From Alphaproteobacteria bacterium (GTDB taxonomy: Bacteria > Pseudomonadota > Alphaproteobacteria > GCA-2731375), in contig CBDDBZ010000032.1 of the NCBI GenBank assembly GCA_965225945.1, forward strand, positions 265,080-329,079: a DNA stretch of 64,000 nucleotides, in the 5' to 3' direction. The notes beneath the pieces are model-generated. The model made no database searches. It was not told the DNA's origin and saw nothing but the letters and a program-made list of their open reading frames with translations. The position numbers and the translations under genes are program-made. Below, one piece after another: positions 12,576 to 22,961 of the stretch (position 1 is the first letter of the stretch; every line of letters begins with the position of its first letter).

Positions 12576-13751
12576 ATGACCGCCCCCAGGCCCTTCGAGA
12601 TTCGCGTTTCCGACGAGGTGCTGGCGGACCTGGCCGCGCGGCTGGCGCGGGTGCGGGCGCCCTTGGCCAGCCCGGCCGAGGCCGGCTGGCACCATGGCAT
12701 GGAGCCCGGCTACATGTCTCGCCTGCTGGCCTATTGGCGGGACGAATTCGATTGGCGGCGCATCGAGGCCGGCCTCAACCGGCATCCCCAATTCATCGCC
12801 GAGGTGGCTTTGGACGGGGCCGAGACGCCGCTCGAGATCCACTACATCCATCAACCGGGCGAGGGCGAGGCGAGGCTCCCCCTCCTGCTGCTCCACGGTT
12901 GGCCCGGATCGGTCGCGGAGTTCCAGGAGGTGATCGGTCCCCTGACGGAACCCGAGGCGCATGGCGGCCAGGCGGCGGACGGCTTCGAGGTCGTGGCGCC
13001 GTCGCTGCCGGGCTACGGCTTCTCCTCGGCGCCGGCCGGGCCGATCGGCCCGCGCGCTATCGCGGGCGTCATGCATCGGCTGATGACCGAGGTCCTGGGC
13101 CACCAGCGCTATATCGTGCAGGGCGGCGACTGGGGCGCCATCATCTCCGCCTGGATCGCGGTGGATCATCCCGAGGCGGTGCTCGGCGCGCACCTCAACA
13201 TGGCGGCGCTTCGCCCGGCGATCGGCCCCGACGACGCGGCGATGAGCGCCGACGAGAAGAGCTGGATCGAGAGCGCGCGCCGCCACTTGCGCCACGAGAC
13301 CGCCTATCAAGACGTGCATGCGACCAAATCGGAGAGCCTGGCCTGGGGGCTGATGGATTCGCCCGCCGGCCTCGCCGCCTGGATCGTCGAGAAGTTCCAC
13401 GGCTGGACCGATCCCGAGGCGAGCGAGCCGCCCTTCACCATGGACCAGTTGCTCGCCAACGTGATGATCTACTGGGTCACGGGCACGATCAATTCCTCCA
13501 CCTGGCTCTATCGCGGGGCCAGGGAGAGTGGCGATCTCAGGGCCTCCGAAGGTGCGCGGATCGAGGTTCCCTGCGCTTACCTTCTGGCGCCGAGCGATCT
13601 GGTGCCGCCGCCGCCGACGAGCTGGCTCGCCCGCGTCGGCAACGTCACGCGGCGACGCGATCTCGCTAAGGGCGGCCATTTCGTCGCGCTGGAGAACGGC
13701 CCCGCCCTGGTCGAGGATATCCGTGCCTTCGCCCGCGACCATCTCCGCTGA
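12576..13751 (+). CDS. Epoxide hydrolase (EHN plus alpha/beta hydrolase)
   Basis: FDWRRIE, HGWPGS, QGGDWG, DSPAGLAAWIVEKF, GGHF. Confidence 0.92.
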   Translation: MTAPRPFEIRVSDEVLADLAARLARVRAPLASPAEAGWHHGMEPGYMSRLLAYWRDEFDWRRIEAGLNRHPQFIAEVALDGAETPLEIHYIHQPGEGEARLPLLLLHGWPGSVAEFQEVIGPLTEPEAHGGQAADGFEVVAPSLPGYGFSSAPAGPIGPRAIAGVMHRLMTEVLGHQRYIVQGGDWGAIISAWIAVDHPEAVLGAHLNMAALRPAIGPDDAAMSADEKSWIESARRHLRHETAYQDVHATKSESLAWGLMDSPAGLAAWIVEKFHGWTDPEASEPPFTMDQLLANVMIYWVTGTINSSTWLYRGARESGDLRASEGARIEVPCAYLLAPSDLVPPPPTSWLARVGNVTRRRDLAKGGHFVALENGPALVEDIRAFARDHLR

Positions 13752-14217
13752 GGCGCCCCGCCTCCGCACCGTCGGCTACGAGGGCGCCGGCATCGCCCGC
13801 TTTCTCGCCACGCTGGCCGCCGCGGGAATCGAGGTGCTGATCGACGTCCGCGCCCGGCCCTGGTCGCGCAATCCCGATTTCGTGAAATGCAATCTCTTGG
13901 GCCATGTGACGGCGGCCGGCATGGGGTATCGGCACCTGGAATTGCTGGGGAGCCCGGACGCGCTCAGGGCCGCCGCGCGCGCGAGCGATTGCGATGCCTT
14001 TCCGGCGGGCTACCTCCGCCACCTGGAAACCCCGGCGGCGCGCCGCGCCAGCGAGCTCGTCGTCGAACTCGCCCGCGAGCGCGCCGTGGCATTGATGTGC
14101 ATGGAGGCCGATCCCGCCCGCTGCCACCGCTCCCTTCTCGCCGGGTGGTTGGCGGAGAAATATGGCTTCCGCGTCGCGCACCTCCACTGCGACCGGCAGG
14201 CCGCCTTCGACTTCTGA
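13723..14217 (+). CDS. DUF488 family protein
   Basis: TVGYEG, LIDVRARPWSR, ALMCMEADPARCHRS; GTG start after GAGGA. Confidence 0.85.
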   Translation: MPSPATISAEAPRLRTVGYEGAGIARFLATLAAAGIEVLIDVRARPWSRNPDFVKCNLLGHVTAAGMGYRHLELLGSPDALRAAARASDCDAFPAGYLRHLETPAARRASELVVELARERAVALMCMEADPARCHRSLLAGWLAEKYGFRVAHLHCDRQAAFDF

Positions 14218-14360
14218 TGCCGCGCGGAAGGATGCGTCGGCGGGCAATTAACCCGGATTTCGGCGAACCGGCGCGGCATTCGAGCCCCGCGACATGGCAA
14301 GGTGACGCCCGGTCCGGGCCCTTCGCGGGCGAAAACGACGAGTCGCCGGCAGTATATCTT

Positions 14361-14394
14361 ACGTCCCTATCTGGTTAACGTCCCTATCTGGTTA
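14361..14394. repeat. 17-bp tandem duplication of the IS1595 left end
   Basis: ACGTCCCTATCTGGTTA x2. Confidence 0.9.
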
Positions 14395-15413
14395 AAGCAG
14401 GATGGGCTCCGAATGTTCTTGATATGTTCTCCATAGAGGTGTAGGCTGATCGCATCGGCTGGAGCTTTTGGAGGACTATTCGATGAGCGGGATATTGGAG
14501 TTCCTCGAACGCCATGGATCGGAGGCGGACTGCATCGAGGCGCTGGCTCGGCTGCGCTGGCCGCAAGGCTACGTCTGCGCGCGTTGCGGCGAGAGGCGGA
14601 ACTACCTTGAAGACGCGGCCGCGGGTGAATGGCCGGTTGCGGCCATTCGGTGACCGCGGGCACGTCTTCGTTGCGCAAATGGTTCCTGGCGGCTGGATGG
14701 GGCGCGAGCGCGGGGTCTCGGCGCTGTTTCTGTCGCGAGAGTTGAGCCTTACGACACCGCCTGGCTGATGGCCCCAAGCTGCGCCATGCCCTGACGGAGC
14801 GCCCGGAGTTCCCGCTGGAGGGCTTGGTCGAGGTCGACGAGAGCTATTACGGCGGGCGGGGCAAGCCGGAGAGCCGGGGGCGCGGGCTTTCCAACCCGAA
14901 CAAGAGCCTGTTGGTGATGGCGGTCGAGAAGTGGCCGGTCGGGTCGGGCAAGGGCATCAAGGGGAGCGGCTTCGCCGCCGGCGCCGCGCGGCTCGCCATC
15001 CTGCCCGAGGCCACCGCCCGTGAGTTGGGCGACTTCGTGCGCGCCTCGGTGAAGCCGGGAAGCCGCCTCGACAGCGACGCTTTCAAGAGTTACGCCAAGC
15101 TTGGCGATACTTATCGCCACCAGCCCGTCGTTCAAGGCCAAGGCAAGAACGCCGAGCAGCTCATGCCGGTCGTCCATGTCCTGTTTTCCAACGTGAAGAC
15201 GTGGCTCAACGGAACCTACCACGGGGTGAGCGCCAAGCATTTGCCGCGCTACGTCCGGGAATGGAACTACCGCTTCAACCGGCGCAAACGCATCTTCGAC
15301 CTTGCCGATTTCGTGTTGCACCGCGCCATGACCCGACCGACCATCACCTACAGGGAACTGGTCGACGGTATACAATCGCAGGGAGCGCTGCCTGCCCTAA
15401 CCGGATAGGGACG
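14362..15413 (+). mobile_element. IS1595-family insertion sequence, copy 1 (degenerate transposase)
   Basis: TIRs CGTCCCTATC(T/C)GGTTA; 8-bp TSD ATATCTTA at 14354-14361 and 15414-15421. Confidence 0.92.
14483..15408 (+). pseudogene. IS1595 transposase with multiple small deletions in the 5' third
   Basis: VEVDESY, DSDAFKSY, NGTYHGVSAKHLPRYVREWNYRFNRR; frameshifts at about 14600-14780 relative to copy 2. Confidence 0.88.
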
Positions 15414-15640
15414 ATATCTTAAATTCAGAATATGAAGGTATCGATCAAAGCATTGAAATGAATTGGCTTTCTTGAGCCGCGTGCGGCCGGTGGGATTTCG
15501 TTCTGCAAATTCTTCGATTTTTCTATACGGCGGGCGGGGCAAGCCGGAGAGCCGGGGGCGCGGGCTTTATATCCAATATACCGTATTTGCAGTACTATTA
15601 ATAACTGATCTATTCTCTCACCCCCGAGATGCGCACAATA

Positions 15641-15718
15641 GGGGTCAGCGCAAATGGGTGCCCCTTGACCGCTATGCAAAATGCAAGACCTGACCCCCAG
15701 CTTGTGACCCCCAGCTTG
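15641..15718. repeat. GGGGTCAG...CTGACCCC mini inverted-repeat element with a 14-bp tandem duplication
   Basis: GGGGTCAG at 15641; TGCAAGACCTGACCCC at 15682-15697; TGACCCCCAGCTTG x2. Confidence 0.6.
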
Positions 15719-15728
15719 CAGATCTCAA

Positions 15729-16256
15729 GAACACAAGTCACCCGAATACTTTGTGATCAATCCCAACGGCGCGTTGCCGGCTTTAGTCGATCGCGATCTG
15801 AAACTATGGGAATCGAACGCGATTCTGCAATATGCCGCAGACAAGGTTGGTGCGTCCGCAGCCTATCCCCAGGATCTTCAGGTGCGAGGGGATATCAACC
15901 GCTGGCTTTTGTGGGAGGCAAGCGCCTGGTTTCCAACCTGCTATGTGTATCTCGTGGAGAACTTCGCTAAGCCCCGATTAGGAGATCCGCCTGACCCGAA
16001 AGTCCTCGAAGCGGAAGCACCGAATTTCCATAAGCTCGCCGGCATTTTGGATACACGATTGGCCGGACAAGCATGGATCTGTACGACGCCGGACCCCACG
16101 ATTGCCGACATCTTCATGGCTTCTCCCATGCATTTGGGTCATCGCCAAAAGTTGCCATTAGAGGAGTATCCGAACCTTCGCGCCTGGATGGGCCGGATCG
16201 AAGACCTGCCATGCTGAAAGAGCACGGACGTCACGTCCTTGCTGGGTCTGAACTAG
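15729..16256 (+). pseudogene. Glutathione S-transferase, 5'-truncated with a probable premature stop
   Basis: EHKSPEYFVINPNGALPALVD..LKLWESNAILQY, TIADI, YPNLRAW; TGA at 16215 where Trp is expected, followed by KSTDVTSLLGLN. Confidence 0.8.
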
Positions 16257-16385
16257 ACCTCTGAGAATTCCTACGCCGCATACCTTGGCGACGCGCGTTG
16301 ATTTTTGATCGGGTACTGTTTGCGTAATGCCTCGGCGCAGCACCAAGTACCAAGATGGCTGGTTACAGGTAATGAGTGGGAACAG

Positions 16386-18074
16386 TCATTCCGGTAGTCC
16401 GGCTTGGTGCAGAAAATCAAGGAGGCGGCCGAGATCTTTTTGGTTCTTGAAAGGTAGTGTTCTGGAGAGGTTGCGAAGCGAGTATACGGGGTTCAATCCG
16501 AGTAGTTCCTTTACCTCGACCCTTGCCTCGTCAAGCCTACCCAAGGCTACAAGGGACGCCGCCAGACCGCCCCGATTGATTGGATTATCGGGACCCGAAT
16601 TCAAGGCTTCTAAGAATGCTCTCTCTGCCTCTACATAATTGCCAAGAACAAATTGCGTACGGCCGAGTTGGCCGCTGTAAGAAGCCGGTAATTGTGGATT
16701 TATCTCCATGGCTATTTTCATATTGGCCAGGCCCTCTTCAGCACGCTCGGCATGTGTGAGGATGTGGCATAAGATTGCGTACCCATCAGCGCTATTTGGA
16801 TTTAACTTTATGGCTCTTTGCAGGCTGTCAATTGCGCGGTCGTGAAGACGCACATGGAGTTCCGCCATGCCAAGCATCAGGTGACTGGCCGGCGCCTTGT
16901 CGTCTAACACGACGGTCTCTCGCGCTAGTTCATGGCTTTGCCTGAACGCACCTTCGATATCCTCGACCCATTGATACCCTCCTCGGTTAAGGTACACCCA
17001 GGCCAGCAACCTGTAAGCCCCGGCGAATCTTGGCGCCAAGTTCTTGGCTTTCTCACCTAGCTTGCGCGCTTCTTCGTTATCCGAGCGGGTGAAGCGCCGG
17101 TAATGGGCAAAACCCCGCGAAACCAGGTCGTAGGCATTTGCGTGGTTCGGATCCCCGCCGATGGCCCGCGCCATGCCATCCTCAAAGATCAATTCACCAA
17201 GAGTGCTGGCAATAATCCGTGTGACCTCGTCCTGTACCTCGAAAGTATCTTTCAGATCACGATCGTAGCGCTCTGCCCACAAGTGAGTGCCGATCGTTCC
17301 GTCGATCAATTGGGCGGTGATGCGAAGCCGCTGGCCGGCTCGACGTACGCTACCTTCCAGCACGTACCGAGCGCCGAGCTCCTGGGCAATTTTCGTAGGA
17401 TCAGTCGGGCTGCCCTTATAAATGAAAGTCGCGTTTCGGGCGATGACGTGAAAGCCCCTGTAGCGAGAGAGCTCGGTAATAATGTCTTCGGTGAGGCCGT
17501 CGGCGAAGGCCTCCTGCTCGGGATCGCCCGAAATGTTGTCGAAAGGCAGCACGGCGATGGAGGGCTTGTCGGGAAGGGAGAGTTCGACTTGTGCCGCGTC
17601 TTTCGTCGCTGTGTCGGCGGCCCAATGCCAAGTACGGACCGCTTGGGCAATATTCTTGAATTCCTGTTTCCCGCCATCCGTCAAGGCGAGATCGAGGCGT
17701 CCCCGTACCTGGCGCATGACGTCGTCGGAGATACAAATGCCCCCGGGCTTGGCCTCGCCCTCTAGGTGTGCGGCGATGTTGACGCCGTCCCCATGGATAT
17801 CATCTCCATCGACCACCACATCGCCAAGGTTAATACCAATGCGGATCTCTATGCGGCGGTCTTCGGGGACATCTGCATTACGTTCGATCATGGCCCGCTG
17901 GATAGTTACAGCACATTCGACCGCTGCCACGGCGCTGGGGAACTCCACAAGGCGACTGTCGCCTGCGGTGCTGACCAGGCGTCCACCAAAGGCTTCGGTC
18001 GTCGGGTCCCAAAGTTCCGACCTATGTGCCCGCATTGCCGCGAGGGTGCCGGCCTCATCCCCTGAAATCAGGCG
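16386..18074 (-). pseudogene. Class III adenylate/guanylate cyclase-TolB-N-TPR protein, 5' end removed at IS256
   Basis: RIGINLGDV...DIHGDGVNIAA, LPDKPSIAVLPFDN, TPRs; the first catalytic-Asp segment is absent and the ORF start lies inside IS256. Confidence 0.85.
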
Positions 18075-18111
18075 GAGCAACCTGATGTGTGGAAATTCGG
18101 AACGCCGTTGA

Positions 18112-19290
18112 TCAGTCATCCTCTGCTTTCCAAGTGATGTAGGGTTTTTCGGTGGTTTCCCATTTCTCGTCGATTTCGACGAGGATGGCGGTGACCAGAC
18201 GTTCGAGCGAGGCCTCGTTGGGAAAGACCCTGACCTTTACGGTGCGGCGCTTGATCTCCTGCTGGATGGATCGCTCCATGGGGTTCGAGGTTCGCATGCG
18301 CTTTTGGTGGCGCTCGGGCAGGGCGAAGACGGCGAGGCCCTCGGGGATCGCCGTCTCCAGCCAATCGGCGAGCTTGGGGGCGCTGTCGCGGTAGGCCGCC
18401 ACCAGATGGCCCAGCTCGGCCTCGGCGGCCTTGCCGTCGGCGGCGTTCCAGACCCGGCGCAGCTCCTTGCCGATGGCCTTTCGGATGGCGAGGTTGGGGG
18501 CGTGATGGATGGCGTTTTGAGCCAGATGGTACTGACAGCGCTGCCAGACGGCGCCGCCGAGGACGGCCTTGCGCGCGGCGCCGAGGCCTGGATGATCATC
18601 GGAAACGATATAGGCGACACCGCGCATGCCACGGGCAACCAGGGTCTCCAGGAAGGCGCGCCAGTGCACTTCGGCCTCGGAGAGCGCACAGGAAACACCG
18701 AGCACCCGGCGGCGCTGGTCGGGGCCGATGCCGATCACCGAGAGCACGGCGGCGTCGCGCACCACGCCACCCTCTCGGACTTTCTCATAGCGCGCGTCGA
18801 GGAGCAGGTAGCGGATCTCGCCCAGCGGCCGGTTGCGCCAGGCATCCAGCTCCCCATCCAAGAGCTTGGCGGCGCGGCTGACCTGGCTCGACGACAGGCT
18901 CTCCAGGCCGAACTCGCGCATCACCGCCTCGGCGTCACGGGTGGAGACGCCTTTGATATACATCTCCGCCACGGCCAGCATGACAGCGCGGCAGGAGCGC
19001 CGTCCGCGCTCCAGGGCTTGGGGGTAAAAAGGCGCCTCATGACCGGCGGTCTTGGGAACCTCGAGCCTCACCGTACCGGCCGGGGTGTCGATCTTCTTGG
19101 GTCTGGTGCCGTTGGCGTATCCCCGCCGCTCGGGCGTGCGCTCATAGTGGCCGGCGCCCAAGAACCTCTCCCGCTCGATCCGCATGGCGAGATTGAAAAG
19201 GCCGGCGAAGACCGTCGCCATGTTCTCGCTACCGCCTTCGATCAATTGTTCCACCAAAGCCTCGACAGCGCTATCCTGGTCTTTCCGCAT
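18112..19290 (-). CDS. IS256 transposase
   Basis: EMYIKGVSTR, LLDARYEKVR, WQRCQYHL, RTSNPMER. Confidence 0.95.
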   Translation of the reverse strand: MRKDQDSAVEALVEQLIEGGSENMATVFAGLFNLAMRIERERFLGAGHYERTPERRGYANGTRPKKIDTPAGTVRLEVPKTAGHEAPFYPQALERGRRSCRAVMLAVAEMYIKGVSTRDAEAVMREFGLESLSSSQVSRAAKLLDGELDAWRNRPLGEIRYLLLDARYEKVREGGVVRDAAVLSVIGIGPDQRRRVLGVSCALSEAEVHWRAFLETLVARGMRGVAYIVSDDHPGLGAARKAVLGGAVWQRCQYHLAQNAIHHAPNLAIRKAIGKELRRVWNAADGKAAEAELGHLVAAYRDSAPKLADWLETAIPEGLAVFALPERHQKRMRTSNPMERSIQQEIKRRTVKVRVFPNEASLERLVTAILVEIDEKWETTEKPYITWKAEDD

Positions 19291-19342
19291 ACTGGTTCTC
19301 CATGTTTGTTTGGACGCTTTCATGGATAACCAAAATGACGGA

Positions 19343-19378
19343 TCGCCCCGCGCCGGGGTATACCCCGGCGCGGGGCGA
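19343..19378. repeat. Perfect 36-bp palindrome upstream of the IS256 transposase
   Basis: TCGCCCCGCGCCGGGGTA|TACCCCGGCGCGGGGCGA. Confidence 0.95.
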
Positions 19379-19532
19379 AGCCAAATTTCCAGACCTCACG
19401 CTACACAAGGTAGTCCATAGGAGGGGCCCGCGCGCGGGCCGACGCGCCCACCACGCGGCTGGCGGCGGACCGCGCGTGGGAGGTTCCTGTGGGCCCACCT
19501 GGGCGACCGGGCGGCAGGTGGATCGGTTGCCT

Positions 19533-20261
19533 TTAGGACCGATTCTTGAAGCGCCAGGAGTCGTTTCCGGTCTCGATGATCTCGCAGTGGTGCGTCAGAC
19601 GATCGAGGAGCGCGGTGGTCATCTTGGCGTCGCCGAAGACGGACGGCCATTCGCCGAAGGTCAGGTTGGTGGTGACGATGATCGAGGTGCGCTCGTAGAG
19701 CCGGCTGACGAGGTGGAACAGCAGCTGGCCTCCGGTTTGGGCGAAGGGCAGGTAGCCGAGCTCGTCGAGGATGACGAGGTCGCGCCGGGCCAGCTGATCG
19801 GCGAGCCGGCCCTGGCGGCCGGCGCGGGCTTCGGCCTCGAGCCGGTTGACCAGGTCGACGACGTTGAAGAAGCGGCCCCGGGCGCCATCGCGGATGCAGG
19901 CCCGCGCGATGGCGACGGCGAGATGGCTCTTGCCGGTGCCGGTGCCGCCGATCAGCACGGCGTTGCGCTGGTTGGCCAGGAAGCCGCCGACCGCCAACTC
20001 GCGGACCAGCGGCTCGTTGACCGGGGTGTCGGTGAAGTCGAAGTCGGCCAGCTCCTTGGCCAGCGGCAGCTTGGCGCCACTCATCTGGTACTTGATGGAT
20101 CGCGCCTGCTTGTCGGCGATCTCGGCCTTCAACAGCTCGCCGATGATTCGCTGCATCGGATGCTGGCGCTTGAGGCCGTCGGCGAGCACCTCGTCGAACG
20201 CGTCGCGCATGCCGGCGAGCTTGAGTGCGGCCATCATCTCCAGGACCTCATGGCGCTCCAT
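19533..20261 (-). CDS. istB: IS21 helper ATPase IstB
   Basis: [33 protein letters not shown]. Confidence 0.96.
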   Translation of the reverse strand: MERHEVLEMMAALKLAGMRDAFDEVLADGLKRQHPMQRIIGELLKAEIADKQARSIKYQMSGAKLPLAKELADFDFTDTPVNEPLVRELAVGGFLANQRNAVLIGGTGTGKSHLAVAIARACIRDGARGRFFNVVDLVNRLEAEARAGRQGRLADQLARRDLVILDELGYLPFAQTGGQLLFHLVSRLYERTSIIVTTNLTFGEWPSVFGDAKMTTALLDRLTHHCEIIETGNDSWRFKNRS

Positions 20262-21553
20262 GGCCGACCCCCCTCAAGCGGTCGTAGCGGGTGCAATCGG
20301 CCACCGGCTCAAAGCGAAGACGCAGGTTCGCGGGCGTCGGGATCGGCGCCGTCTCGGACGGCTGGCGCCGACGATTGAGGATGTTGAGCACGACGTCGGC
20401 GCTGCACACGCCGCCAGCGAGCGCCTCGGCACAGGCGGCCTCCACCGCCGCCAGCCCATCCGCCAGCACGGCGGTGAGGATCTCGACCATCTGCCTGTCG
20501 CCGTCGTCGTGGCCGGCGAGCCGGACGCGCACGCGACCCAGGGCGCCGGGCAGCGCCCAGTCCTTGAACGGCGCGCCGTTACGAAGCGCACCGGGCTTCC
20601 TCGCCAGCACGGGCACGTAGTGCCACGGGTCATAGACGGTCTGGTCGCGGCCGAAGCGCCGGGCATGCTCGGCGACGATCTCGCCGTCCTGGCGGATGAC
20701 GATGCGATCGGCGTAGGCATGGACCTCGACCGGACGGCCGACGGCGCGCGCCGCCACGCTGTACTTGTTGCTGTCGAAGCGCACCAGGCAGGTCTTCGAC
20801 ACCGACGCCGGGACCGCGTGGAAGCCGTCGAACGGCCCGCGATAGCCGACCAGGGACGGACGCTCGTCCTCGAACACCTGCCAGACAGTCCTGTCCTTGA
20901 ACACCGGGTGGGGATGACGCCGGGCGTAGGCGACGCACTGGTCCAAGAGCCAGGCGTTGAGCTCGTCGTAGGTCTTGAAGCGCAGCCGCGGGGTGAAGAA
21001 CCGACCGCGGATGATCCCGACCTGGTTCTCGACCTGCCCCTTCTCCCATCCCGCTCCCGGCGTGCATGCTGTCGGTTCGACCAGGTAGTGGCCACACATC
21101 TGCACGAAGCGCCGGTTGAACGCGCGCTCCTTGCCGATGAGGACGGTCTGCACCGCCGTCTTCATGTTGTCGTAGATGCCTCGCCGGCAGGCACCCTGGA
21201 ACAGCCGGAATGCCCGGCCGTGGGCGTCGAACACCATCTCCTGGCTCTCGCGCGGATAAGCGCGGACGAAGAATATTCCTTGCCTATCCGGTTATCACCC
21301 ACACCCACTATATGTAGTGTGCACCCATTTTCCTGAGTAAAGCTCGGTGCAGGTCGAAGCGGAGATATCTCCGGCGATGCCGAGCAGGGACTCGGACGGC
21401 ATTGTAGCGCCTTTTAGGCGACACTTTAGCGTGGTGGAAATCCTAATCATTGAGTCGGATTTGGCAAAACGCCACGTTGCATAAAGGACCGTCACTTCAT
21501 TGAAATTTATCTGAAATCGGAGGTGAACGACACCGATGGAATATTCCAGGAAA

Positions 21554-21862
21554 TCAGAGCTTCATTGAATTGTAGGATTCGAGTGCCGGATTATTCACAA
21601 ATAGCTCTGTGAACTGGTTTTCAAGTTCGCTCAATACGCCATATGAAGTAAACGGATTGAGGATCACGTTCTTGCGTGTCGCTTCGTCTTCGCTGCGACT
21701 CAAAACGCGCAGGAGACTAACAGGCGCGGACGGGTTCTTCGCAACGATTCGTGCCAGCGCGTCGCTTTCTTCGACTAGTGCCGTCAATCGCTCAGACGAT
21801 GTCGTTTCATCAGCAGCTTCCCGTCTGGCCGTGGGTTTCTTCGTTTTTCCCTTGGTCGCCAC
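21554..21862 (-). CDS. Leucine-rich-repeat-variant (LRV/HEAT-like) passenger protein
   Basis: LARIVAKNPSAPVSLLRVLS, TRKNVILNPFTS..VL, FVNNPAL (repeated VAxNP motif); lower GC than the flanks. Confidence 0.6.
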   Translation of the reverse strand: MATKGKTKKPTARREAADETTSSERLTALVEESDALARIVAKNPSAPVSLLRVLSRSEDEATRKNVILNPFTSYGVLSELENQFTELFVNNPALESYNSMKL

Positions 21863-22002
21863 CGTTCCGTCCCCCGATGTTAAATACGTGACGTGAATTA
21901 AACTCCGGTTCGGTTTTCAGAACAATCAAGAATTAGCCGGATCGCCTCCTCAATGCGCCTGCGCCGGCCCTTGCCTGCAGTCCAAGGAGACACACTACAT
22001 AT

Positions 22003-22931
22003 CGTCCCTATCCGGTTAAGGCAGGCAGCGCTCCCTGCGATTGTATACCGTCGACCAGTTCCCTGTAGGTGATGGTCGGTCGGGTCATGGCGCGGTGCAA
22101 CACGAAATCGGCAAGGTCGAAGATGCGTTTGCGCCGGTTGAAGCGGTAGTTCCATTCCCGGACGTAGCGCGGCAAATGCTTGGCGCTCACCCCGTGGTAG
22201 GTTCCGTTGAGCCACGTCTTCACGTTGGAAAACAGGACATGGACGACCGGCATGAGCTGCTCGGCGTTCTTGCCTTGGCCTTGAACGACGGGCTGGTGGC
22301 GATAAGTATCGCCAAGCTTGGCGTAACTCTTGAAAGCGTCGCTGTCGAGGCGGCTTCCCGGCTTCACCGAGGCGCGCACGAAGTCGCCCAACTCACGGGC
22401 GGTGGCCTCGGGCAGGATGGCGAGCCGCGCGGCGCCGGCGGCGAAGCCGCTCCCCTTGATGCCCTTGCCCGACCCGACCGGCCACTTCTCGACCGCCATC
22501 ACCAACAGGCTCTTGTTCGGGTTGGAAAGCCCGCGCCCCCGGCTCTCCGGCTTGCCCCGCCCGCCGTAATAGCTCTCGTCGACCTCGACCAAGCCCTCCA
22601 GCGGGAACTCCGGGCGCTCCGTCAGGGCATGGCGCAGCTTGTGGGCCATCAGCCAGGCGGTGTCGTAGCGCAGGCTCAACTCTCGCGACAGAAACAGCGC
22701 CGAGACCCCGCGCTTGTCGCGCCCCATCCACCACGCCGCCAGGAACCATTTGCGCAACGGTGTGCGGGTGCGGTGGAAGACCGTGCCCGCGGTCACCGAT
22801 TCCTGATGGCCGCAACCGGCGCATTCGAAGACCCGCGGCCGCGTCTTCAATTGGTAGTTCCGCCTCTCGCCGCAACGCGCCCAGACGTAGCCTTGCGGCC
22901 AGCGCAGCCGAGCCAGCGCCTCGATGCAGTC
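22003..22931 (-). mobile_element. IS1595 copy 2, 5'-truncated, nested in the cassette
   Basis: TIR CGTCCCTATCCGGTTA at 22003; near-identical to copy 1; flanked by 47-bp direct repeats at 21956-22002 and 22932-22978. Confidence 0.9.
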
Positions 22932-22961
22932 CGCCTGCGCCGGCCCTTGCCTGCAGTCCAA
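22008..22961 (-). CDS. IS1595 transposase with a chimeric N-terminus
   Basis: Continuous 317-aa frame; Zn-ribbon WARC...CAGC; DDE region VEVDESY. Confidence 0.8.
   Translation of the reverse strand: MDCRQGPAQADCIEALARLRWPQGYVWARCGERRNYQLKTRPRVFECAGCGHQESVTAGTVFHRTRTPLRKWFLAAWWMGRDKRGVSALFLSRELSLRYDTAWLMAHKLRHALTERPEFPLEGLVEVDESYYGGRGKPESRGRGLSNPNKSLLVMAVEKWPVGSGKGIKGSGFAAGAARLAILPEATARELGDFVRASVKPGSRLDSDAFKSYAKLGDTYRHQPVVQGQGKNAEQLMPVVHVLFSNVKTWLNGTYHGVSAKHLPRYVREWNYRFNRRKRIFDLADFVLHRAMTRPTITYRELVDGIQSQGALPALTG

Larger units (their letters stand above)
18075..19406 (-). mobile_element. IS256-family insertion sequence A
   Basis: Imperfect TIRs GAGCAACCTGATGTGTGGAAATT / GTGTAGCGTGAGGTCTGGAAATT; no TSD. 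Confidence 0.85.

Noticed and set aside
16215-16217. In-frame TGA in GST as recoding
   Set aside because: The gene is already 5'-truncated; a TGG-to-TGA mutation is simpler, and TGA is a normal stop elsewhere in the window
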